Shown here in pieces: positions 24,461 through 38,538 of a stretch of 64,000 nt of DNA. Each line of letters opens with the position of its first letter. Position 1 is the stretch's first letter. The position numbers and the translations under genes are program-made. The stretch comes from Octopus vulgaris (taxonomy: Eukaryota). The stretch is taken from assembly GCA_951406725.2 (NCBI GenBank), contig OX597817.1:134168001-134232000 (forward strand), in the 5' to 3' direction. The notes beneath the pieces are model-generated. The model had not been told where the DNA came from, searched no databases, and was given only the letters and a program-made list of their open reading frames with translations.

Positions 24461-25132
24461 TTGACACCTTACAGTATTGAAACTATTTAGAAGCTCAGTG
24501 GAGGTAACCCATCATTCAGTCACCCCTGGGCCTTTAATGGCTTTAGTAAAATCTGTTTATTTTCAAGCAATGGCGCCAAAAATTACCTCCCTATCTTTCC
24601 CCCGCCCAAAAGAAAACTGAGCGATCTCCCTCAGACGGTTGGTTAAAAAAAAACCGAAAAAAACACCACTCACATTGGTACGAAAAAGTGGTGGGGAGAC
24701 AAAACACTTCTGTAACAGAAAAAAAAAGCACAACTACACCAAAAAGTAAGCCATATAGGACTGAAATTTTCTGTTACACTCGAAAACACATTACTTCCTA
24801 CACGTCAAGAGCAGAGAACATCTCAAGAGCAGCGAGATTAATATGGTGGTGCAGTAGGGAAACAGGATGTTATTGAAATCAAGATGGCGGTACTAATAGG
24901 TAGGTAATATCTTACAAATTCAGACAGTTTCCCCTCAGCAACAATCACATACAGAAACAATTTTACTTTAGCATATTTATCACCGATTGCAATAGATTTT
25001 CGAGAGATTTACTTTAGTGCTTTGACATTATCGATTCCTGTCAAACATAAGATTTATATTGAATCCATTCATAAATTTCTATTTCCAGTACATAGATTCC
25101 AATAATATCCTAATTTATACTCAGAGCTGATG

Positions 25133-25186
<54 letters not shown>

Positions 25187-25442
25187 ATGTGTGTATGTGT
25201 GTGTACTAGACAGACTAAAAGATAGGTAGCTAGATGGCCGAGTTAGATTGCTAGAGAAGGAAAGCAAGCAGTACAGATAGATATAGATAGGCAGAAATGC
25301 AAAGCTGGTTAGCTAAACAGAGATCTAAACAGAGCTAGCTTGACACAAAGAAAGATCGATGGATATAATATAGGGAAAGCGAAACATGGAAAGAGTGATA
25401 GAGGAACTATATAGAGATGTTGTCATAGAAATAGAGATATTG

Positions 25443-25653
25443 ATTTCAAATGTTGCCACGAGGCCAGGAAGTTCGGGGCAGGGAGCAATGGGATTACATC
25501 AACCCTAGCACTTGACTGGTACTCTTGCTATCGACCCTGGAAAGATGAAAGGCAAAGTCGATTTCGGCAGAGTTTGAACTCAAAACATAATGACGGAAAA
25601 ATGCCGCTAAGCATTTTATCAGCGTGCTAATGTTTCTGTCAACTCGCTGCCTT
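25443..25653 (-). mobile_element. SINE family C
   Basis: Family C motifs (GATGAAAGGCAAAGTCG, TTTGAACTC, GCTAAGCATTT). Confidence 0.85.
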
Positions 25654-25669
25654 ATATAGAAGAGAAATT

Positions 25670-26418
25670 GTCAACAGACCTGATATAATGATTTGGGATA
25701 GAAAAGAGAAACTATGCACAGTTGTGGAAATTAGCTGCCCAGTGGATTTTAACATAAAATTGACGATCAGTGGAAAAGAGAACATCTATGCCGGACTATT
25801 GAGAAATCTGCAGTTACTCTATCCAGATTACAAGTTCAGGTTTATACCTGTAATTATTGGGGCCCTGGGATATGTAACACACTGCCTAAATACCAATCTA
25901 GAGAAATTAGCATTCTCCTTTCTAGTTTTGAGAAACCTAATTCGAAGACTACAGATCCAATTTATATCTGGAACTGTAAAAATCTGTAAAACTTTCCAGA
26001 AGTTTACCATTTAAATATACATGAGCATGTCTAGATATGCAAATTTATGCATTAGAATACATACATAAAACAAAATATACAAATCTGCACATATATATAT
26101 ATACACACATAAATACATACGTATGGATAAAGCTAATTCGAAGACTGCAGATCCAATCCATCACTAGAATTGCAAAAATCTGTAAAACTTTCTAGAGGTT
26201 TATCATTTAAATATATATGAGATGTCTAGATACGCAACTATATGCATGCGAATACTTGCATAGAGCAAAACATACAAATCTGCATGCATACATACATAGA
26301 AAAATACTGTTGCTGATGTTGAAATTCCAATGAAGGAGCCTTGGATCTTAGTTAGAAACCGGCTCTTTCTCTATTGGCAAGAAATCTTGAAATAAAAATG
26401 AACAATGACATACATACC
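25670..26418 (+). mobile_element. Second RLE-type (R4/Dong-like) LINE 3' end, with duplicated 3' segment
   Basis: NRPDIMIWDRKEKLCTVVEISCP...KENIY..L...FIPVIIGALG; 25937-26120 repeated at 26133-26300; ends in CATACATAC. Confidence 0.85.
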
Positions 26419-26469
26419 TATTTTTGCTGATATAAGATAACTAAATTTCTTTCTGTACCAATATAAGTG

Positions 26470-27010
26470 TCCTCGGCGGAATTTGAACTCAGAACGTGAA
26501 AAAGGACGAAATGCCGCTGAACATTTTCCCCGGCGTCTTAACGATTCAGCCAGGTCACTATCTTAATATTACTACTACTATTAACAACAACAACGGTTTC
26601 AAATTTTGCAACAGGGGCAGCCATTTTTGGTGGGAGAGGATGAGTCAATTACATCAATCGCCGAAAGGATGAAAGGCAAAGTCGACTGCTGCGGAGTTTG
26701 AACTCCGAACGTAAAGAGAGACGAAATGCCACTAAGCATTTTGCCTTGCTCGCAAACGATTCTCCCAGCTTTCCAGTAATAATAACAATAATAATAATAG
26801 TAATGATAATTTGAAATTTTGATGCAAAGTCAACCAGTTCGGGAGATGTGGAAGTCGAATACACCAATCCCGCCTCCCGAACTCGAAACATACTTATCTT
26901 ATCGACCTCGAAAAATATGAAAGGCAAAGTTGGCCATGGCGGAATTGAAACTCAGAACGTAAAGATGGACGTTAGATCGGTGTACTAACCATTCTGCCAG
27001 CACGCTTCCT
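26470..27010 (-). mobile_element. Cluster of three SINE family C copies (one partial)
   Basis: Units ~26470-26565, 26595-26775, 26812-27010 with TAC/TAA/CAA spacers. Confidence 0.82.
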
Positions 27011-27601
27011 TAATAGTAATATCAATATTACCGTTCATAAGAAAGAATCAATGAATGGGGAAAAGATCAGAAAAAAAAAGAGTTAAAGAAGAGAAAGAAA
27101 AGTGAGGAAGAGAGAAAGTAGCAAGCTGAAGTGTATGTGATGAATATTTTGAAAGACTGTTCTGCGGTTACCTGAGATACGGGTGTGTCGATCGGGATTA
27201 AGAATCATTATTCAATATTGAGACATATCATCGCATTTCAACCAGGAACTGTAATATATCACAGGGTGGTCTATACGCGTTCAAAATCATGCTAGAAATA
27301 CAGCCATAAAGTAAAGCCACACTTTGACTCCTTAAGTACATTAAGATATATTGGACGGTACAGATGTTGATGGAAAACAAGAGTCATGGAGAGTCAATGA
27401 TGAAATACTATCGATGAGTCGTTTGATCGGAGATTGATGTGGCTCTAAACAAAAGCAGCAATAATTGAATTCGTTTTATTCTCCGCCATATTACATTTCA
27501 TCCAAGGGAAACTTTTCTAACGAAAATTAATAATTAACATGAATGATCAAAATTTAATAATTAATGATCAATTCCAACATTGGCAGCTAACCTGGAATCA
27601 A

Positions 27602-27604
<3 letters not shown>

Positions 27605-27658
<54 letters not shown>
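27605..27658. repeat. (CT)n microsatellite
   Basis: Seen directly. Confidence 0.95.
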
Positions 27659-27659
<1 letters not shown>

Positions 27660-28129
27660 ATCAAATTAATAAACCCTATCTAGGTTTACACCAAATTGCG
27701 ACCCTGCTCCTGCGGTCTCTGAAAATCTTCATGAATCCAAAAAATCTACTTAAATGTTACAGCTCTAACATTAACACACATTATATATTCTGTGTTGGTG
27801 ATAGATTAACATCCGTAACCACTGCTCCGCTTATTCGATCAACGTACTTACATTTTATGTGCTTCGGTCGATTGTGTTGCCCTCCATCTAGGAAACAGCA
27901 GCAGTAAATGATTTACGATATGGAGAGATCAATAACAATAGTTTCGATGACAAACTATATGTTAGAGCCGAAATCCTCTTTTACTTCCTAACTGTTACAA
28001 TGTAACCTTTTCCTTGAAATAGAGATCAAAGAAAATCACACAGAGTTTTACACATGTGTGTAAATATATTACTGTCTAGGCTTGGCACGAAAAAACCCTG
28101 GGTACATTTCATGTACCCCCAGATAAATA

Positions 28130-29190
28130 TGTCCACTTTTTCCTGTAATATTGCATTTACAGTTCCCTTGCATGTGGCAACCGTAACAAAATGTTAAAAG
28201 AAGGTATAATATGCCCCTATCCATAAAGGAGAAACAAGATCAGACGCTTAAAAATTACAGACTGATCCATATGACTTCACATGTAAACGAAACGAAGAAA
28301 CGCACTGTCAGAAGGAAGCAGGTTTCTAGAAGAAAATGGCTAATTCACTAACAGGTTGCATGGCTTCCACCCAGGAAGTAACTGCCTAACACAGCTACAT
28401 AACTGAATAGAAACGATATCCCGATCATTCAAAAGCAGATGTGATGTATTTCGACTTTACCAATGATTTCGACAAAGCTAATCACAGGAAGATTATCCCA
28501 AACTGCAGGGACTTGGTGTGGTTGGAAAAATAGGGTAATGGCTAGCAGAGGTTTAAAAACGAGATATTTGCAGCCAATGGTTCTGTCTCTCTGGAGAACC
28601 ATGAACAGTAAGTGCAAGCCATTAGGGAACTGTACTGGGACCCTACTGTTCACGGTGGTTCTCTCAGACATCAGTTATACAGTCAACCAATCTCATCATC
28701 TACGCTGATGATACTAAAGCATCACAAGCCATGAAGAACCTTGACCGTAACTGAAAGCTTAAAAAAGATTTAAAGGCAATATTAAATGGGCTGAAGAAAA
28801 TACGCAGTTCAATACTCAGAAATGTCTAGCACTCTGTAACAGGCTCACGAAGAGATTTCAGTCAGAAAGCCCAGGACCAGAGGTTATAGCAATCCCGGGA
28901 TCAGAGTTTGTGCGTAACTTGGGAATTTACATAAATGGTAAAGCATCGTGTGCGTATTACGAAGCTGGCAACGATGTGCAGACGACTGACTTGCGGGATT
29001 CGGAGATCATTCAGAACACGGAAAGAAGGAAACGCTGTTAGCCCCATCGAGGACATTCGCACTCTGTCACCTCGATACTGCTCCCAATTATGGGCGCCAT
29101 CAAGCGTCAAACAAACAGCGAGACTCGAGTCAATCTAAAGCCATTACAGTAAGAAGATTATGTCTATGCTGTAGATGAGATACCAGGAGA
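28130..29190 (+). mobile_element. CR1-like LINE reverse transcriptase, decayed
   Basis: IICPIHKG, NYR..MTSH, HGFHPGSNCLTQL, DVMYFDF..FDK, GTVLGPLLF-like stretch, YADDTK (28701), RNLGI, YCSQLWAP; frameshifted. Confidence 0.85.
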
Positions 29191-29502
29191 AACTTTAAAA
29201 ACACCGATGCCCTCCTCCCAAGAGAGAAGTTGCCGTAACAACTTTTCCTGACTTTGCCAAAAATACTTAGAGATCTACGAGGTGTAGGTGTAGATTTGTT
29301 GACAATATTTACATAAGTCTTTAGTTGAGATAACAAATTAACCAACACACATGATTCCTAGAAACGCGAAGAGTGGCAGCTCAGGCAAACTCACTCTTTC
29401 ATCAGGACAAACTCGGAAATGAGTTTGAAATAAACAAGAATTTAAGCTAATGACGGTGCCCCAACATGTCCACAGTCTACTGCTGAAACCTGTAATACAC
29501 AG

Positions 29503-29566
<64 letters not shown>

Positions 29567-29812
29567 CTGCGCATTAGAGTTCCTTGTTACCAGAACACTG
29601 GCCACATGAAACTCCGAGTAAATATGCTCATTGACTAGGCTATATTTGTAATTTAAAAGCTCAACATATAGTTACAATTATTGTAGAGGATGACTGTGTG
29701 AATGGGTGCTGTGACTATTAAATACTCAGCATCTTAGACATTAATTGAGAAAAAAGCTGTTATTGTAGTTGATCGAATGATTGAATCTTTGCCGTGCACA
29801 TGTTAATACGTA

Positions 29813-30150
29813 TAGGCTCAGACGTGGTTGTGCCGTAAGAAGCCGGCTTCCCAACCATATGATTCAGTGCCACTGTATGGCACTTTGGACAAATGTCTTC
29901 TATAGACTCGGACCGCCGACTAAAGACTTGTGAGTGGATTTGGTAGACGGAAACTGCTTGAAGTCAATCGTGTATGTGTGCTTTACAACTGGGGTTGGTG
30001 TATGTCCCCGTAACTTAGCCGCTCGGCAAAGAAGACCAATAGAATAAGTATTAGGCTTAGAAAAAATTACTGAAGTCGTGTCATTCGATTAAAGATTTTT
30101 TTTCAAGGCGGTTCCCCAGCATGGCCGCAGATTAAGTGGAAGATAAGAGA
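29813..30150 (+). mobile_element. SINE family B
   Basis: Head to tail CAAGGCGGTTCCCCAGCATGGCCGCAG. Confidence 0.82.
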
Positions 30151-31687
30151 TATATATTCGCGTGCGCACACACGCACATGCACAGAGGAGGAGACAGATG
30201 AGAAGTTGTTTAGTTTGTGAAGTAGATTTACCAGCAAACAAGTCTGCTATCAGTAGAACTAATCGGTGTTGAATTTAAGCTGCAGAGAGGAATGACGTGT
30301 TAACACTTATTCACACTGCTAGAAAACAAATTAGATAGGCTTTTGATTGTAACTCTACAAAGTATGTTAACTGTCATGTAGACATGATCTCTTGCCGTCC
30401 TAACATATAAGCTGTATTATTTCACATTTTGAACCTCACACAGCTAACCATTATTGACAATTAGTACATTCCATCCAGTTCCGAATATGTCTGAGTGATA
30501 TTCAAATACTTAACGGCAAGAATCTGTGCGGTAATTGGTTATAAGCCAGGCTATAAGGTTGTAGCGTTTCGGTTTGAACTAAGTCTGATCAAACATACAG
30601 CTGCTCCTCTTAAACAGGAACTGACTGTAACAACTAACAACAAAAACATTTCCATGTAACTAATAACAACATCAACAACAAGAACAAAGATGACGACACA
30701 AACAACAAACAAAACAAAACAAGTATTTGTTAATGTTTCCGATACAAGACGAGATTTTATCTGCTTCGAAGTAAATAACGTAAAGGGAACAACACAGTAA
30801 TAATAAATAATAATGGAGTTTGGGAATAAATTGCTGCCTTTGTGATGGAGAAACGAAACGTAAACGTGAACCTGCTCTGAACTCACCGACTCGAGCCCTT
30901 TGGTCGCAATATTTGCTAGAAATAGCAATCAAATCTCCGTCTAACCATTTCTTATTCTCTTTAATGGGAACATGTTTGGTTGTTTTGTTAATTTCTCTTT
31001 GTAGTGATGTCGTTAAGTGTTCGATTCCAAAATTTGACACTTTGGTAAAATGCTACCTATGGAAGTGAAATGTTCAAAGTGAAATGTAGGATTAGGAAAC
31101 TGTACGGAACCTCACAGTAGGTATCGTTCGGGATCTACTTATGATGATGGAGACTAGGTGAAGATCGGAGAGGGTCTGCAGAAAATGGAAAACATTTGCA
31201 AAAAGCCCTAAGAACGTGAGGAGAGGGTGCATTTCTCGTTGAGGTAACGTTTTTCGTTGAAGTGGTCAGCCTGTTTCTTGGGAAGAGAAACTTCTCCGGT
31301 GAGAAGATATCCAATTCCAACGCATATGTAATAACCTCTTCAACCATTTGAAATCCGACAACGATGCCGAAGAACTCTAAGAGGAAAACATAAGATGAAC
31401 CGAGACAGGGTTCTGAAAGGACGGAATATGGATACAAAATACAAAGAACAAAAAAAAAAATCAAAAAAAATAACCAAAGTCTACTGGAATAGTTTCACCA
31501 TTTGACACATCGAAATTCTGCAAACTCCGTGGACTCTAATCATTTGTTTTGTTGTAGGAGCTGTTCATGGAGAATTCCGGAAATGGCTAGCATCAAACGC
31601 TAGAATGTGGAAATGGAGAGACATCTAAGCAAGAATCCACATCTGCCTCACTCTCTGTGCGTGTGCGCGCACGCAAATATATACCTC

Positions 31688-31885
31688 TTATCTTCTACTT
31701 GTTTTGGTCATTAGTCTGCGGTCATGCTGGGGCACCGCCTTGAAAAAATCTTCAATCAAATGACTCGACTCCAGTAATTTTTTTTAAGCCTAATACTTAT
31801 TCTATTGGTCTTCTTGACCGAACAGCTAAGTTACGGGGGCATACACCAGCGCCGGTCGTAAAGCGGTAGTGCGAAACACACACAG
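31688..31885 (-). mobile_element. SINE family B, 3' half
   Basis: CTGCGGTCATGCTGGGGCACCGCCTTGAA...GCTAAGTTACGGG. Confidence 0.82.
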
Positions 31886-33279
31886 TTACCCTTTAGTACT
31901 TGTCATGATCCTTATGCCAACAATATGAGACAAATTCAGTCTTCCTGTTTAATTGTAGGGAATCATTTGATAAGCTACTAAATTTCTCTTGAGGGCAGTT
32001 GGGATTTTTGTAACAGTTAAAATATGGTACGTCATTTTCACGAACTAAGCATTTTTTCTTAATACTTTCATGTGTTTGTACCCACGTCATCGCGTGTGTA
32101 TCAGAGTATACTTAAACGACGAGGTTATTTTGAATGTGTCATAAACCAGCATGAAAATAGATGATGTGTGTCCTGCTTTTAAATGTGTTTGCTCTAAGAC
32201 CGAGATTGTTTCTGTCTACAATTCTATAATATCAAATAAAAATATTTCCTTATATGAATTATTTATCGAGAAATAAGTGACTGAGGATGAAGCCGTTGAG
32301 ACACAAGAAGTGGGGATGTATAACAGGGAAAAGGCAGAGGTACAAATCTCCTTAAATTGCGTTGACGTTTGCATCATTCTTTGTTGATATTTGAGGCTGG
32401 AATAACGATATTTGTCTGTACAACTATAGTTCACCTCCAGCATTGTGTGCGTGTGCGCGTACAAAGAGGTGCTTGGTGTCATAAATCTTAAGAGCTTGGA
32501 AAGTTGGGTGTGCACGCCTAAGTACGTATATAAATACATGAATGCCTGTGCTTATCAAAACAAGATGACAGTAAATATAATCCAAGAAGTAGAATTATTT
32601 TCTGTCACAGAACAACACACTGCCATATGTCTACTATACTAAAAGTATACACAGCCTTAGAAAATATAAAGCTTTTGAATTGTCTGAGATAAAATCTCTT
32701 CACACACTTCTACTAAAACAATAAATTTGGAATCAAGCAGAGCGCAGCCGCTGCAGTGAGGCAAGAAAATGACAAGCGCGTTTCGCCTTTGTCATTGTGG
32801 CGCACTTGATTACTACTTACTTAGATCTGTGCTTCGATATACATTGATTTTTAACACAACAACCTACGAAGCAATATTATCTCAGACATTTCCACAGGTT
32901 CGGCGATTTTGATTTCATGTTGCTTCAGCTGCATATACCGAGTTTTTCTACAGCTCGGCAAGCTTCTGCAATATCAGTGAATGGTTTATTCAGTGTTTCC
33001 TATATATCGAAGCATGACTTTCGTGTAAGCGGGTAACATTTGAATGTACGACATTGACAATTCCAACAAAAGGCAACATGCGTCTGTTGTTTTCAGGAGT
33101 AACTGCAGCAAAGATGTTCTTCTCGTACCGAAATATGCCGTGTTTTCTTTTTTATACAAGACTATGAAGAGATTTTACCTCACACACTCTACGGTATCAT
33201 GCCTTGTAATGGTCTATCGATATTTAGTATAATACAACGATGATGATTTTATTTTAGTACTGTTTCAATTGCTGATTCT

Positions 33280-33483
33280 TTTATTCTTTTAATTGTTTCA
33301 GTCATTTGATTGCGGCTATGCTGGAGCACCGCCTTTAGTCGAGCAAATCGGCCCCAGAGCTTATTCTTTGTAAGCCTAGTACTTATTGCCGAACTGTTAA
33401 GTTACGGAGACGTAAACAGACCAGCATCGGTTGTCAAGCGATGTTGGTGTGACAAACACAGACACACAAACATACACACACGC

Positions 33484-33515
<32 letters not shown>

Positions 33516-33672
33516 TACGGGCTTCTTCCAGTTTCCGTGTACCAAATCCACTCACAAGGCTTTGGTCGGCCCAAGGCTATAGTCGAAGACTCTTGCCGAA
33601 GTTGCCACGTTATGGTACTGAACCCAGGACCATGTGGTTGGTATGCAAGCTACATACCGCACAGCCACTCCT
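33280..33672 (-). mobile_element. SINE family B, full length
   Basis: Colinear reverse complement of the 47437 copy. Confidence 0.9.
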
Positions 33673-33989
33673 GTTTATACCAAGAACGAGAAGAAAGATT
33701 TGATACAATGATAGAACGCTAGCAATATATTCAGTATTTGAATGTCATTGTATGACTACCTTAATAACCACCAATAGCAAACAGCATTTGGTTTCCACAC
33801 ACACACACGTGATTGTATGTTGTCGCTGCGATTATAAACACTGAACACATTGTATTATATATGTATGTATGTGTGTGTGTATATGTATTTATGTATGGAC
33901 TTCGTCACTATTAACATTTATACCAGCGAATACATGAAAGAAATTACATTGCTTTGTACCTGCGTGTTGTAAATCTGTTTTGTCACAAC

Positions 33990-34170
33990 TAACAGTTATA
34001 TACAACTAACATACGATAGGAATTGTATTGTTATGCATCTGTATCTGTATGATTGTAATATATCACCAGTAACTGTTATAACCACCAATATACGACAGAA
34101 ATTGTATTGTTCTGTACCTATGTATGTGAATACATTTTTACTACTAACCACTGTAATTACAAACGTCTGA
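33990..34170. repeat. Degenerate ~80-bp tandem repeat
   Basis: TACGA.AG.AATTGTATTGTT.TG..C repeated at ~34012 and ~34091. Confidence 0.55.
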
Positions 34171-34304
34171 CAGAGCCTGTGTCTCAAAGTATGTATTATG
34201 TATATATAAATACTAGCAGTAATCGCGCAAATTCTACGAATATTTAGAAACCTGTAAGATGCTGGAAGTTAATAAGAAGACCATTAAATCGCTATTGTTT
34301 ACCT

Positions 34305-34750
34305 TTTCTCTTCCGCGCCTTCCAGTCATTGACCTGCAGCCTTGCTATGGCCACCACCTTCAACGCTTTTAGTCGAACAGACAGACAAGAAGGCAATGTT
34401 CGTTCCTAGGTTTTGTTTTGTTTTTATGAAGCATCTTACGTATTCTGTTGGTGCCATTTGCTGAACTGCTCAGTTATGTAAGCAAATCAACACCGGTTGG
34501 TCAAGCGGTGGAGGTGTGATACACAGAAAGACATACATGGTAGGATCACTCTTTCATATATATATATATATATGTATATGTATATGTATGTATGTATGTA
34601 TGTGTGTGTGGGTGTGTAGTGAGACAGATGTAATGACGGCCTTCCACAAAGTTTCCATCTACCAAATTCGCTCGTAAGATATAGTAGAAAGCCCAAAGAC
34701 AAGACTTGCCTAAGGTGCCGCGTAGTGAGCCCGAAATCACTTGGTTGATG
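34305..34750 (-). mobile_element. SINE family B, degenerate
   Basis: TTTCCATCTACCAAATTC...ACTTGCCTAAGGTGCCGCGTAGTG. Confidence 0.75.
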
Positions 34751-34929
34751 TCTCGAGAGAAATTTGGTGGAGAGAGAATATATGGAAGCCCATCATTGTG
34801 TGTGTGTGAGCAGGTGATGCGAGTGTCAGCCACTTGCAACTGCAGTTACTAGGATTCGAATGCTTTACTTAACCCTTGAAGGCTCCAGCATGGCCACCTT
34901 CCTGTAAGAAGTAAATACAATTATCGTGG

Positions 34930-35233
34930 CACAGCCTGCTCGTGAAATTAACGTGCAAGTGGCTGAGCACTCCACAGGCACGTGCACCCTTAACTTAGTT
35001 CTCGGGAAGATTCAGCATGACAAGGCTGGCCCCTTTGAAATACAGGTACAACAGAAACAGGAAGAAAGAGTGAGAGAAAGTTGTTATGAAAGAGTACAGC
35101 AGGGATCACCACCACCCCCTGCTGCAGATTCGTGGAGCTTCAGGTGTTTTCGCTCAATAAACACTCACAACGCCCGGTCTGGGAATCGAAACCGCGATCC
35201 TACGACCTAACCAGTGGGCCATTGAGCCTCCAC
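34930..35233 (-). mobile_element. SINE family A, 3'-clipped with small deletions
   Basis: Nearly identical to 9855-10183. Confidence 0.9.
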
Positions 35234-35715
35234 AAATACAATTATATATTATTACAACTACAAGTATTACCTTATATCTACACACTACCATACATGTAGT
35301 GTTTATATTTGTATTTAACACAGGCGCGCTTACATAAATATATCCATACAGGTATTCAGAAGAAATTAGCACGGTCTCGTTCATATTGTGAAATAATTAT
35401 TTTAAATTCTAAGATAACATTTTGAAACTCTTCAATTCAACAGAGAGAGGAGAGGTTAGAATCAGAAAACGAGATAAACAAAATTCACTGACGTCACACA
35501 CTTTGCTATGTTGTCATATTTTTATTTGTTCCTTTCCTCCTCCTATTTAAATCCCCCCTCTCTCTGTTTTCTCTCTCTCTCTCACACACTCCTAAATCTT
35601 TTTCCATTCAGTAACACCAAACTCACCACCAGCACTTCCATTCCCATTACTGCTTACTTACTTCTATCTGACTGACTTCCATTAGCGTTACGCAAAATGT
35701 AGGTAGGAAAGAACG

Positions 35716-35760
<45 letters not shown>

Positions 35761-36244
35761 TTAGCTACCAATATCTGCAAGTAATTGTTTGGGACGTATT
35801 GCTATAGCATTACCTGCTTTCTCTAATTATAGTTGCACGCCGTATGACATGGGAAATTGAGATATATTTCTACTCAACACTCATACGGTATGACGAAACA
35901 ATAGCAAAATCTTGGAAATAAAAATGTCTTTACTTCTTCATTTCTTATATATTTCGTTTATTTCGAGAGAGAGAGAGAAAAAAAAAACATTGTGTTTCCT
36001 TGTGAATCTTACCTTGAGTGGTTTCTGAATTACTAAAGCAGGCACTCAGTCGATCAATCATGGAAAGAAAACCAATGAAACTCTGTTTTAGTGGCAGATA
36101 ATATTTTGACAGTGGGACTTGTTAGATTGGACAATGAAAATAATGGATAAAAACCAGCATCGGAACAGAGATTACCGATTAACGTAGCAGTGGTGGTAAA
36201 TGTATTTTTAAATCTATTTTAAAGATATTTTACTTAATGTTTTA

Positions 36245-36575
36245 TTTAGGTTTGGACTGTAGCCATGGCGGGGAAGCACCTTGAAGGATTCTAGTCGAAC
36301 AAATCGACCCTGGAGACGTAAACAAAGCAACACCGATTGCCAAGCGGTAGGCATGAGATAAACACACACAAGGAAATGCAGACATTTTACACACACACAC
36401 ACACACACGTATACCATACACACGTTTTCGCAGTTTCCCGCTACGATCTTCATTCACGGTGCATTGGTCGGTCCAAGGTTATAGTGAAAGACATTTGCGA
36501 AAAGTGCCGTGAAGTGGGACTGAACTCGATACCACGTGTTTGCAAAATCAACTTCTTAACCACACAGTCATGCCT
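36245..36575 (-). mobile_element. SINE family B with internal deletion
   Basis: Family B tail and head motifs. Confidence 0.8.
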
Positions 36576-37239
36576 TCACCAGTGTTTTTCATCTTCTGAT
36601 AGATTCTGATTCTGCAATTAACACGTTTTTAATATATCTTCTAGTCAAGAGCCGATACATTTACATATAAAGAATTTAGTTTCTATCCAAGTTGTGATGA
36701 TGATTAATTAACCTCTGAGCTTTTTCTCCCACTAATTGCACATTCTTTACCAATTAGACTTCTCAGATCAACTGTGTTAAGTCTAAATTGCATATCTCAG
36801 ACTGCTGGAGAAATTAACTGAGTATATTTTTATTGTGTAGCAGGATTATTATACCAATAAAAAGGCATGGACTGGTTGTAATTAATTAATTAATTAATTA
36901 TTGATTGATTCGTCTGTCTTTCGCGAAACAACTTAGAGAGAGAAAGAGACAGGACAGGAAACAGTTGGATGGCGAATGACTTTGCCAGTTCAATCTACTC
37001 GTGGATTTTATTGCCGGAGATGGCCTCGCTAAGTACGAAGATGTCTGCATCAATACATGGCATCCGATGAAGAATATTGACAAACAAATACAATAACAAA
37101 AATTACATGGAATCGGTGATAGAAATAATGGATAACTTACACATAAAAATCAATCGTCAATGTTGTGAAATATAAAAGGAGACACGGAGTGGTGTGTAAT
37201 AAATGGACCAAGTTAAATGCAGTATTACAAAAGACAACG

Positions 37240-37430
37240 GCAGGGTAACACATTTGCTAGAAATAGGAGCCAAATCTCTCTTAAGTCACACTGACGTGTC
37301 TTATAAAACTAACTCCATTCGATAAAGAAATTTACTGTATGTATAATAGAAGGAATGGTCGTGACTGGAATGCATTTGAACTTAGGGCTGTTGCATTAGG
37401 ACTGACCTAGGGCTAAAGAGAAACGAGAAC
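37240..37430 (+). mobile_element. Old interspersed repeat family E (SINE-like)
   Basis: TGCTAGAAATAG.AGCCAAATCT...GGACTGACCTAGGGCTAAA; related pieces near 27290-27460, 30910, 38955-39030, 53780-53830, 57155-57210, 57630, 58435. Confidence 0.55.
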
Positions 37431-37989
37431 AGCCCAGGATTACCGGATTTGGCAAGCATTACATTTTATATCTAAATTTAAATACATTACAGAAAATTCC
37501 TCAAAGGCGTACAGACTAAAACTCAACCATTAATATTTCTTTCGGATATTTATTTTCAACAACTGGTGAATGAAATTAACCATTGATGAGATTTGGGACT
37601 AAAGCTGTAAACGTCACCCAAAGAAATCGGTCACATCGTGAAGAGACATTATATTGTTTACCATGAATCAGAAAGCTCTTGCTAAATATTCATGAGAACA
37701 AATCTTATTATATAGTGTCAGGTTGAAATTAAGTCTTACTTTGTTGATAATTAGGCTTGGAGTGTAAACAATAATAAATTTCCGATACATACGTCTGAAT
37801 ATCTTGATCCGGTCTTCAACGTTGAATTCTCACTCGCCCAGAAGCCAATCCTGCGATGTTCATGTTTCCCAATCATTAAATTTCCAAAGGTTCAATTTTC
37901 TCCGTATTTCCACGTGCATGTGTCCGAGGAAGACGACTTTGCTAGCCTTCGCAATGTTGGCTCCGATTAAGTCCAGTTGTACATATGGT

Positions 37990-38200
37990 AATGGTCTCAA
38001 ACTATTCGCACAAAGCCAGCAATTTCTGGGCAGAGGTCAAGCCACTTACATCGACACTAGTGCTCAACTGGTAATTAATTTATTGGCCTCGAAAGGGAAA
38101 AATGCGAAATCGAGAGCAGCAAAATTTGAACTCAAAACGTAAGACAGGAGGAAATTCCGCGAAAACCTTTGTCCGTCGTTCTAACGATTCTTGCAGATCA
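37990..38200 (-). mobile_element. SINE family C, degenerate
   Basis: GCTCAACTGGTA...AATTTGAACTCAAAACGTAAGAC...CTAACGATTCT. Confidence 0.75.
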
Positions 38201-38538
38201 TTACTTTGGACCTGATTATAATATTCACCTTGTTTCATTAATGTCTGGAGTGCATGTGCTGTTGGCAGCTGTATACTAGTTTGTTTTTGTTTTGTTGGTG
38301 AAGGCGCAAAGTAATGAACCATCGCAACGACGGTGAAGTCGGGAGATCCGGAAAAAGATGAGGAATGTACTCCATGGCAAAAGACCTATTCTCTCATTTA
38401 TTTTCGACAACTGATGAGGAAAGAAATTAACCATTAATGTCTGTAAGAGATATTTAGGTATGAGCTTTAATCTGTACGTCTGAGTATGTTCCTCTCATTT
38501 ATATATACATTTATATATTGTATTATTTATATATAATA

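Noticed and set aside
28705-28711. CTGATGA as hammerhead core
   Set aside because: It is part of the YADD codons of the CR1-like RT.
38405-38440. CTGATGA hammerhead candidate (also 5825, 19259 and CCGATGA variants near 1535, 37064, 52615, 60014)
   Set aside because: No convincing stem II/GAAA/stem I arrangement.
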